NCBI GenBank assembly: GCA_963815195.1
Contig: CAWFGE010000012.1
Location: 768,001-832,000, forward strand
Source: an uncultured Planctomycetaceae bacterium
GTDB taxonomy: Bacteria > Planctomycetota > Planctomycetia > Planctomycetales > Planctomycetaceae
Direction: 5' to 3'
Length of the DNA: 64,000 nt
In this document: positions 56,801-64,000 of the stretch, one piece after another
How positions within the stretch are numbered: position 1 is the first letter of the stretch
Layout of the letters: the number at the start of each line of letters is the position of its first letter
Notes under the pieces: model-generated
Told to the model about the DNA's origin: nothing
What the model saw: the letters and a program-made list of their open reading frames with translations, nothing else
The model's database searches: none
Translations under genes and position numbers: made by a program

Positions 56801-57448
56801 CGAAACAGCGCCCTAAAACTTGCCCGGCTCGCCGGCGAAGGCAAGCTCGACAGCAAACTCAAAGATGCCACCGCGTCGGCTCTGCATACCGCCGAGTGGC
56901 CGGAGATCAAAGCCCAGGCCGCGCGGCTGTTCCCGCTGCCTGCTTCCAAGAACAACAAGCCCCTGCCGCCGATCGAGCAGCTTGTCAAACGCCAAGGCGA
57001 CATTCAGAAAGGCCGGGTCTTATTCAACACGACCGCGACCTGTGTGAAGTGCCATATCGTGAACAACGTCGGCCGCGAAGTCGGGCCGGATCTCTCGGAG
57101 ATTGGCAAAAAGCTCAGCCGGGAGGCGATGTTCCAATCGATCCTGTTCCCAAGCGCGGGCATCAGCCACAACTACGAAGCCTACCTCATCGCCCTCGCCG
57201 ACGGCACCACGGTCAACGGTTTGGTGCCCAGCCGAACGGAACAAGAAATCTCCGTCAAAGGCATCGACGGCATCGTGCGGACTTACAAGATGTCCGACGT
57301 GGAGATCGTCAAAAAGCAGGACCTGTCCCTGATGCCCGCGGACCTCCAAAAAGTGATGAGCGAAGAGGACCTGATCGACGTGGTCGAGTATCTCACGACG
57401 CTCAAAGAGGCCAAGAAGTTCGACGAGAAAGGCGGTGGGGGGAAATAG
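53828..57448 (+). CDS. PVC-type membrane-bound dehydrogenase-like / heme-binding protein with N-terminal NPCBM domain
   Basis: NPCBM-like GIGTHAES; beta-propeller region; HEAT repeats; C-terminal CVKCH...GPDLS...SLMP. Confidence 0.88.
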   Translation: MPLLSGARWASVSRCLGVALLACGLPFLFGADAPEKKAKSSDKPLFASDVVTAKTPGHAVEIEVDITGAKRLALVVTDGGDGFSCDWVDWAEPRLIGPEGEKKLTDLNWKQAKADWGQVRKNQNAGGGSMKIDGKPVAYGIGTHAESLITFDLPAGYTKFRCRAGLDNGGTDQNNNGTTSAKFLVFADPNPRVLAALVQPKAGGGGNRGNLPPGEALDGLDVADGLEVTLFAHEPLTLSPSNIDVDAQGRVWVCEVVNYRHFANKNNPLREAGDRILILEDTDGDAKADKQTVFYQGRDIDSAHGVCVLGNKAIVSALDSVYILTDTDGDWKADKKDLLFTGIAGAQHDHGIHSFLFGPDGKLYFNFGNAGQHIKDKNGKPIVDRQGNEVNNSRKPYQEGMVFRCNLDGSEFETLGWNFRNNWELAVDSFGTIWQSDNDDDGNRGVRINYVMEFGNFGYKDEITGAGWKDPRTGMHEEIPKRHWHLNDPGVVPNLLQTGAGSPTGICVYEGDLLPKRFQNQLIHADAGPNIVRAYLVKNDGAGYSATIDNILEGTRDQWFRPSDVCVAPDGSLLIADWYDPGVGGHRMGDIQKGRIFRIAPPKSSYKTPKFDFSTPEGAADALKNPNLAVRYLAWTSLHKMGDKAEPALLKMFNDKSNPRYRARALWLLGKIDGKGQEYVEKATEDENPNIRIVGLRLARELKLDIIPIVEPLVQDKSAQVRRECAIALRHHSSPEAANFWSRLAMQYKPGDRWYLEALGIGADGQWDRYLDLWLDLINNQVTNHPIPRDVIWRSRAKKTPDLIASIILDPNTPAEELPRYFRALDLLQVPGVKDAVMEIAFADLKGDAERKNFITREAFERLKGVNVQNDPKAKAKLKSILDDSQGTEQFVELVGKFSVMERYPDLLALAQSKPDSQLGVEAMRTLLAKNQTQLVAKAIDEKNPQAAEQTVKALGNAGDKRAEDMLWKLIDDNEQLLAIRRAAVLAAGRSRNSALKLARLAGEGKLDSKLKDATASALHTAEWPEIKAQAARLFPLPASKNNKPLPPIEQLVKRQGDIQKGRVLFNTTATCVKCHIVNNVGREVGPDLSEIGKKLSREAMFQSILFPSAGISHNYEAYLIALADGTTVNGLVPSRTEQEISVKGIDGIVRTYKMSDVEIVKKQDLSLMPADLQKVMSEEDLIDVVEYLTTLKEAKKFDEKGGGGK

Positions 57449-57497
57449 CTGGCTCCGGGATCAGTGTTTACGCTTCTCGGCGAGGGCGGGCCGCGGA

Positions 57498-59084
57498 TTA
57501 AATCTTCGGACCGGCGTTTCTGACTTCGTCGCTGACGCCGTTGGCGAAGCCTTCGAAGTTCTGCTGGAACAGCTTCGCGAGCTTGCCGGCGGTTTCGCGG
57601 AAGCGGTTTTTGTCCCGCCAGGTCTCTTCGGGAACGAGCAGGTCCGAGGACACGTGCGGGCAGGCGGTGACGACTTCAAACCCGAAGACCCGGTCCGTCT
57701 GCGTGGGGGCGTGGGCCAACTGGCCGGAATGGATCGCGTCCACAATCGCCCGCGTGTTCGCGAGCTTGATGCGGTGCCCGACCCCGTAGGCCCCGCCGGT
57801 CCAGCCTGTGTTGATCAGCCACACGTCGGCCCGGTGCCTTTTGATCCGCTGGGCCAAGAGGTCGGCATATTTGCCCGGATGCCAGACCAGAAACGGCCCG
57901 CCGAAGCACGGCGAGAACGCCGCCTGCGGTTCCTCGACGCCCATCTCGGTCCCCGCGACCTTGGCCGTGTAGCCGCTGATGAAATGATACTCCGCCTGGG
58001 CCGGGGTGAGCCGGCTCACCGGCGGCAACACGCCAAAGGCGTCGCAAGTCAGAAAGATCACATCGGTCGGATGCTCCGACACGCAGGGAAGCTTGGCGTT
58101 GTCGATATAGTCGATCGGATAAGACCCGCGCGTGTTCTGCGTGATCGTCGTGTTCGCGAAATCCACGTGACGGTCCGCTTCGTCGTAGATCACGTTTTCC
58201 AAGACGGCCCCGTATTTGAGGGCGTCGAAAATCTGAGGCTCGGCTTCGCGGGTCAAATAAATCGCCTTCGCATAGCAGCCGCCTTCGATATTGAAGATGC
58301 CCTCGTCGGTCCAGCAGTGCTCGTCGTCGCCGATCAACAGCCGATGCGGGTCCGCGGAGAGCGTGGTCTTCCCGGTCCCCGACAGCCCGAACAGCACCGA
58401 CGACTTGCCCGTCTCCTTGTCCTCGGTCGCCGAGCAGTGCATCGACAACACGCCCCGCTTGGGCATGAGGTAATTCATCAGCGTGAACACGGCTTTCTTC
58501 ATTTCGCCGGCGTACTCGGTGCCCAGGATCACGACTTCGCCGCGCTCCAGGCTCAGGTCCACGCTGGTTTTGGAGGTCATGCCGGTGGTGTAGCGGTTGG
58601 CGGGAAAGGCCCCGGCGTTCAGGATCACGCAGTCCGGCTCGCCGAAGTTCTCCAATTGCTCCCGCGTGGGCCGAATGAGCATGTTGTGCATGAACAGCGC
58701 ATGATACGGCCAGGCGCAGATCACGCGGACCTTGAGTTGATACTTCGGATCCCAACCCGCGAAGGCATCGATGACGTACAGCGTATCGCGGGTGTTGAGA
58801 TAATCGACAGCCCGTTCGCGATTGATGGCGAAGGTCAACTCGTCCAACGGCACGTTCACCGCGCCCCACCAGACATTGGGTTCCGAATCGGGATGCTTGA
58901 CGACCCGCTTGTCCTTGGGCGAGCGGCCGGTCTTGTCGCCGGAGTAGGCAATCAATGCCCCGCGGTTGGAAATCGTGCTTTTGCGGTCTTTGCGAATCGC
59001 TTCTTCATAGAGATGGGCCGGTGCGGGGTTCCGCCGAATCTCCTCGACATCCAACCCATACGCCGCCAAGAGATGCTCCGCCAT
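57498..59084 (-). CDS. pckA: Phosphoenolpyruvate carboxykinase (ATP)
   Basis: TGRSPKDK, YAGEMKK, GLSGTGKTTLS, LIGDDEHCW, NIEGGCYAK. Confidence 0.97.
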   Translation of the reverse strand: MAEHLLAAYGLDVEEIRRNPAPAHLYEEAIRKDRKSTISNRGALIAYSGDKTGRSPKDKRVVKHPDSEPNVWWGAVNVPLDELTFAINRERAVDYLNTRDTLYVIDAFAGWDPKYQLKVRVICAWPYHALFMHNMLIRPTREQLENFGEPDCVILNAGAFPANRYTTGMTSKTSVDLSLERGEVVILGTEYAGEMKKAVFTLMNYLMPKRGVLSMHCSATEDKETGKSSVLFGLSGTGKTTLSADPHRLLIGDDEHCWTDEGIFNIEGGCYAKAIYLTREAEPQIFDALKYGAVLENVIYDEADRHVDFANTTITQNTRGSYPIDYIDNAKLPCVSEHPTDVIFLTCDAFGVLPPVSRLTPAQAEYHFISGYTAKVAGTEMGVEEPQAAFSPCFGGPFLVWHPGKYADLLAQRIKRHRADVWLINTGWTGGAYGVGHRIKLANTRAIVDAIHSGQLAHAPTQTDRVFGFEVVTACPHVSSDLLVPEETWRDKNRFRETAGKLAKLFQQNFEGFANGVSDEVRNAGPKI

Positions 59085-59250
59085 GACTCCGTCCTCCGCT
59101 CGCCTTCGGATGATCGTTCAACACGTACGCCGAGATCGTAAAAACCTCTGTGCATTCTAACGCAGGTTTTCGATCGGACTCCAGGCCGGATTCGAGACAA
59201 TCCGGCAAGGAATCCATCTTGATCTGGACACGTCGTGAAACACAAACGAG

Positions 59251-60492
59251 TTAGGACGCCTGCGATGCGGCGTATTGCTCTCTGAGCCAATCGTCTTCGA
59301 CCGTCTGGCCTTTGGGGAGCGTTTTGATGGCTTCGAGCACGGCTTCGATTTGGGCATCGGCCGGTTCCAGGCCCAGTTCGCTCAGTCGATGCGCGACCGC
59401 CCGCCGGCCGCTATGCCGGCCCAGGATCAACCGCACGCCCGCCGCCCCCACGCGTTCGGGGCGGTAGGGCAAATAGGTGTCGGGATTTTTTAATAGGCCG
59501 TCTTGATGAATCCCCGCTTCCGTGGCGAACACGTTGGAACCCGCGACCGGTTTCATCGGCGAGAGCCTGATCCCCGTCAGTTCCGCCACCAGTTCACACA
59601 GCGGCACGAGCTTCGTCGTATCGATTTTCGCGGTGCGGCCGTATTGCTCGGCGTTCATCGTGAGCGCGATCGCGACTTCTTCGAGGGACGCATTTCCCGC
59701 CCGCTCGCCGATGCCGTTGACCGTGCACTGCACGACGTTCGCCCCCGCCGCGATCCCCGCCAGCGAATTGGCGACGGCCAGTCCGTAATCGTTATGAAAG
59801 TGCACCGCGAGCAAGGCTTTGTCCATGTTGGGGACGCTGTCTTGAATCCGCCGCAGGATGTCCTGGACTTTTTCGGGCGTCAACACGCCGACGGTATCGG
59901 GAAAGCCGATCGTGGTCGCCCCGGCGTCGATGGCTTCCTTATAACAGGTGCAGAGAAAATCCAGTTCGGTCCGGCTCGCATCTTCCGGGCTGAAGGCCAC
60001 GATCGGAAACCGCTCCGCGGCGTAAGTCACCGTCTCGCGGATGATCTCCAAAATCTGCTCTTTGGATTTGTTCAATTTGTGTTCGCGGTGCAAAGGGCTT
60101 GTCCCGCAGAACAGGCTCACGCCCCGCTTGTGGTGCGGCTGGCCTTCGAGGGCCTGGGCGGCGGCGTCCACATCGCCTTTGACCGTCCGGCAGAGCGCGG
60201 TGAGCACCGGCTTTTTCACGACGCCGATCATTTTGCGAATCGCGATCACGTCGGCTTCCGAAGACGCCGGGAACCCCGCATCGAGCGAATGAATCCCGGC
60301 TGCCTCCAAAGCGAGCGCGATCCGCAGCTTGTCCTCGGGCTCCAGCGTCGCTCCCGGCATCTGCTCGCCGTCGCGGAGCGTCGTATCGCTGAACAAGACC
60401 TCGCCGCTGCGTCGATGGTGACTGATAACCACCTGCTTGACTACCTTTTCCACTTTACGGCGAACCGCCGTCAAAACCCCGGCCAACGACAT
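59251..60492 (-). CDS. DRE-TIM isopropylmalate/homocitrate synthase family protein lacking the regulatory domain
   Basis: [37 protein letters not shown]; ends ~45 aa later. Confidence 0.85.
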   Translation of the reverse strand: MSLAGVLTAVRRKVEKVVKQVVISHHRRSGEVLFSDTTLRDGEQMPGATLEPEDKLRIALALEAAGIHSLDAGFPASSEADVIAIRKMIGVVKKPVLTALCRTVKGDVDAAAQALEGQPHHKRGVSLFCGTSPLHREHKLNKSKEQILEIIRETVTYAAERFPIVAFSPEDASRTELDFLCTCYKEAIDAGATTIGFPDTVGVLTPEKVQDILRRIQDSVPNMDKALLAVHFHNDYGLAVANSLAGIAAGANVVQCTVNGIGERAGNASLEEVAIALTMNAEQYGRTAKIDTTKLVPLCELVAELTGIRLSPMKPVAGSNVFATEAGIHQDGLLKNPDTYLPYRPERVGAAGVRLILGRHSGRRAVAHRLSELGLEPADAQIEAVLEAIKTLPKGQTVEDDWLREQYAASQAS

Positions 60493-60687
60493 AACCGCCA
60501 CTCAAAAAGGAAACAAACCCAGATTGTAGGCGAGCGATCTCGGTCAAGGGAAGCGCTCGGACGGTTTTTGTTGTGCACTGCAATTTGCCGGGAAGATTGG
60601 TAAGTTGAATCTCAATCAACCGGTCCGCGACGAGATCCGGACCGGTGACGATTTCGTCGCGAACTGATGTCAAAGTGAGAACGAATC

Positions 60688-63600
60688 ATGCATCGCATCA
60701 AATCGCCTTGCGTTTGGGTCGCACTCGGCCTGTCCTTCCTGGGCGGAAAAAGCTGGGCGGATCCGGGTGAGACGGCCAAACGGCCCGCGTGGACCACCTC
60801 GCGAGTGAAGGGCAGTCCCGATCCCCCGTTGCCTTACCGGGCGAGACGAGTGTTTCCGCATTTGGGATTCACGCAGCCCACGGTGTTGACGAGCGCCCCG
60901 GGAACAGAGCGGCTGTTCGTCGCGGAACAAGGCGGACGCATCTATTCCATTCCCAACAACCGCGATTGCCGAAAGGCCGATCTGTTTTTGGATGTCAACC
61001 TGTCGGTCAAGCGGCTGAATGCGTCGCTCAAGGAGAGGGACCAGGTGGCGTTCGTTGCGGTTTACGGGCTGACGTTTCATCCGGAATTCGCAACGAACCG
61101 CCGATGTTATGTCTGCTATGTGGTCCGCTACAAAGACGGCGGCCGAGGGCAACACCCGCAGGGAACGCGCGTGGTGGAACTCCGCGCGACCGAGAGCGAC
61201 CCGCCCGCGGCCATGCTGGAAAGCGAGAAAGAAATCCTCACCTGGCTGGACGGCGGCCATAACGGAGGCTGTCTCAAATTTGGCCCCGACGGCATGCTTT
61301 ACATTTCCACAGGCGACGGCGGGAACGCATTCCCTCCCGATGGGCACACCTCGGGACAAGATGTCACGAATCTGCTCGCGGGGATTTTGCGAATCGATGT
61401 GAACCGAACATCCAACGACAAGCCTTATGCGATTCCGCCGGACAATCCTTTCGCCAAGGCTCAAGTCGGAAAGCCGCTTGATCTTCCTGGAGAACCGGAG
61501 GAATCAAAACGAACTCCATTGCCTGCCGTCCCGAACGGTGTGCGGCGGGAGATTTGGGCTTACGGAATGCGGAACCCGTGGAAGATGAGCTTCGATCGCA
61601 AGACGGGCGATCTGTGGGTCGGCGACGTTGGCTGGGAGCTTTGGGAATTGATCTACCGCGTGAAACCGGGCGACAATTACGGTTGGAGCCTCGTGGAAGG
61701 CCGGCAACCCGTGCGGCCCAATCAAAAGCCCGGTCCCACGCCCGTCGTTCCGCCCGCCGCCGAGATTCCCCATACCGAAGCCGCCTCGATCACCGGCGGC
61801 TTCGTCTACCGTGGCGATCGGTTGCGGGAGCTGCGCGGGCATTACATCTTCGGCGATTGGGAAACCCGCCGGTTCTGGAGCGTGGCCGTCGACGGCGCGA
61901 CCATCGGCCCGCGGCGGGAATTGGTGGAGCCCACCGTCCGCATTGTCGGTTTTGCCGAGCGCAACAACGGGGAACTCTTGCTCTTGGATTACGATGACGG
62001 TTCGATTCACGAACTCGTGCGAAACGAGGCGGTTCGAGTCGGGGAGACGTCGTTCCCGCGAAAGCTCAGCGAGACGGGCTTGTTCGATTCCGTCGCCGAG
62101 CACACGCCCGCCGAGGGGGTCGTGCCGTTTTCGATCAATGTGCCCCAATGGTCGGATTACGCCCAAGGCGAACGCTGGCTGGGTTTGCCGGGCGATTCCT
62201 CGATCACGGTGCATCCGCGGCCGGTGAGCGTGAGCGGTTCCATGTTCAACCGGTCGATGGATTACCCCAAAGATGCGGTGTTGATGAAGACATTGTCGCT
62301 GGAACTCAAGCACGGCGACCCCTGGTCGAAGCGGCGGATTGAAACGCAGCTTCTGCACTTCAACGGCTACGATTGGCGGGGCTATACCTATCGCTGGAAC
62401 GAAGACCAAACGGACGCGGAACTCGTCGAAGCCACGGGAGCCGTGGCATCTTTCGAGGTGATTGACAAGCACGCGCCCGGCGGGCGGCGGCTGCAAAAAT
62501 GGCGGTTTTCCTCGCGGATGGAGTGCATTCGCTGCCATAACCCGTGGGCGGAGTTTTCGCTGGCTTTCAACATTCCGCAGTTAAACCGCGGGGAGCGAAC
62601 CAATCAACTCGAAGAACTCTACCGCCGGGGCGTGCTGCACGATCCGCCGCCGGCGGCGCATCCCGGCGATCCCTTCGCCGTGATCGAGCCGTCTTTGCCC
62701 CTGCGGGAGCGTCCGCGCCTCGTCGATCCTTTGGATGAGTCGGCTGATCTCAACGGGCGGGCTCGCGCTTATCTGCATGCCAACTGCGCTCATTGCCATC
62801 GCTTTAACGGCGGGGGCTCGGCACGGATTTATCTTCCCTTTGATACGTCGATCTATAAAACGGAAGCCGTCTCCACGCGTCCCTCGCAAGGCACGTTCGG
62901 CATCGAAGAGGCCCGGATTATTGCGCCCGGCGATCCCGACCGTTCCGTGCTCTACTTCCGCATGGCGAAAGCGGGAGCCGGCCACATGCCGCACCTTGGC
63001 TCCTCTTTGATCGACTTCCGCGGCGTGTCCTTGGTGCACGATTGGATTCACCAACTGCCCCCGGACATCGAAGTGGCCGAGAAGATCGACGAGTTGGCGG
63101 CCCTCGATGAACCGGCCGTTTTGCAAAAGGAGCAGCGAGAGGCGGCGTGGACCCGCTGGAAAATCGCCCGGCAAATCGCCGACCGGGGCGGCCGCGAAAT
63201 CCCCACGAAAGCCGATATGGACGCGGCCAGAGGCCAGGCGAAGAACGAAGCCAAAGCCCGGGCGGATGGGCGGGAACGCCGGCGGACGGAATTGATCGGG
63301 CAGATCCTATGCGATTCCCGCGGCGCACTCGCCTTGTCGCGCGCATGCCGTACGGGAAAAGTCCCGGCGTCGATTCAAACGCTTTCGGTGGGCACCGCCA
63401 TGCAGCATGAAAACATCGCGGTGCGGGATCTGTTCGATCCCTTCCTGCCGGACGATCAACGCATCGAGCGGTTGGGGGATTCCATTGATTCCAAGCAGCT
63501 TTTGAGTTTGGCCGGCAATGCGAACCGCGGTCGGGAATTGTTCTTGAACGCGAAAGGCGTGTCCTGCCGAAATTGCCACCGCGTGGGCCAGCAAGGAAAA

Positions 63601-63933
63601 TCCCTGGGTCCGGACTTGAGCCAGATTGGCAAAAAGCTGAACCGGCCCAAATTGTTGGAAAGCCTTTTGGAACCCTCGCGCGAGATCGATCCCAAGTTCG
63701 CGAGCTGGCAAGTGCTGACGGCATCGGGCCAGGTGGTCTTGGGACTCTTGGAGAAGCGAACGGATCGGGAAGTGGTCCTCCGCGATGCCGAGGGCAAACA
63801 GCACAAGCTCGCCACGGCTGAGATCGAAGAAATGTTCCCGCAAAGAACGTCATTGATGCCGGACCGCCAGATCCAGGGCCTGACCCCCCAACAAGCCGCC
63901 GACCTGCTCGAGTGGCTGGCCAGTTTGAAGTAA
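60688..63933 (+). CDS. Glucose/sorbosone (PQQ-type) dehydrogenase domain fused to multiheme cytochrome c
   Basis: HNGGCLKFGPDGMLY, YGMRNPW; CIRCH, CAHCH, CRNCH. Confidence 0.88.
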   Translation: MHRIKSPCVWVALGLSFLGGKSWADPGETAKRPAWTTSRVKGSPDPPLPYRARRVFPHLGFTQPTVLTSAPGTERLFVAEQGGRIYSIPNNRDCRKADLFLDVNLSVKRLNASLKERDQVAFVAVYGLTFHPEFATNRRCYVCYVVRYKDGGRGQHPQGTRVVELRATESDPPAAMLESEKEILTWLDGGHNGGCLKFGPDGMLYISTGDGGNAFPPDGHTSGQDVTNLLAGILRIDVNRTSNDKPYAIPPDNPFAKAQVGKPLDLPGEPEESKRTPLPAVPNGVRREIWAYGMRNPWKMSFDRKTGDLWVGDVGWELWELIYRVKPGDNYGWSLVEGRQPVRPNQKPGPTPVVPPAAEIPHTEAASITGGFVYRGDRLRELRGHYIFGDWETRRFWSVAVDGATIGPRRELVEPTVRIVGFAERNNGELLLLDYDDGSIHELVRNEAVRVGETSFPRKLSETGLFDSVAEHTPAEGVVPFSINVPQWSDYAQGERWLGLPGDSSITVHPRPVSVSGSMFNRSMDYPKDAVLMKTLSLELKHGDPWSKRRIETQLLHFNGYDWRGYTYRWNEDQTDAELVEATGAVASFEVIDKHAPGGRRLQKWRFSSRMECIRCHNPWAEFSLAFNIPQLNRGERTNQLEELYRRGVLHDPPPAAHPGDPFAVIEPSLPLRERPRLVDPLDESADLNGRARAYLHANCAHCHRFNGGGSARIYLPFDTSIYKTEAVSTRPSQGTFGIEEARIIAPGDPDRSVLYFRMAKAGAGHMPHLGSSLIDFRGVSLVHDWIHQLPPDIEVAEKIDELAALDEPAVLQKEQREAAWTRWKIARQIADRGGREIPTKADMDAARGQAKNEAKARADGRERRRTELIGQILCDSRGALALSRACRTGKVPASIQTLSVGTAMQHENIAVRDLFDPFLPDDQRIERLGDSIDSKQLLSLAGNANRGRELFLNAKGVSCRNCHRVGQQGKSLGPDLSQIGKKLNRPKLLESLLEPSREIDPKFASWQVLTASGQVVLGLLEKRTDREVVLRDAEGKQHKLATAEIEEMFPQRTSLMPDRQIQGLTPQQAADLLEWLASLK

Positions 63934-63951
63934 AAGTCCGCGCTTCTCATT

Positions 63952-64000
63952 CAAATCCGAAGCGCGCAGTCGGCAATCCGAAACAAATCCAAAATCCCTA
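63952..64000 (+). repeat. Left arm of a heptamer-family element (cut by the window edge)
   Basis: caaatccgaagc...aatccgaaacaaatccaaaatccc. Confidence 0.7.

Overview
This is a GC-rich bacterial chromosome segment, almost certainly from a planctomycete: it encodes DUF1501, DUF1549/DUF1553, YTV-repeat and PVC-type heme-c proteins. About 15 single-base frameshifts are scattered through otherwise intact genes, which points to long-read consensus errors. Core genes include rnc, xerC and xerD (adjacent, convergent), pcrA/uvrD, a pfk-family kinase, gndA, pckA and tRNA-Leu(CAA). A decayed ~5.2 kb island at the tRNA 3' end holds an IS21 left end plus istA, a clamp-loader-type AAA+ gene in the istB position, a serine recombinase with zinc-ribbon insertions, and a tyrosine integrase. 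The most unusual signal is non-coding. Several families of short-period palindromic repeats either bracket a small gene (four-helix-bundle protein with heptamer arms, GxxExxY protein with nonamer arms) or occur as empty copies. Two ~210-bp inverted copies of the heptamer element enclose xerC almost exactly from start codon to stop codon. Family assignments come from motif recognition by eye, not from database searches.
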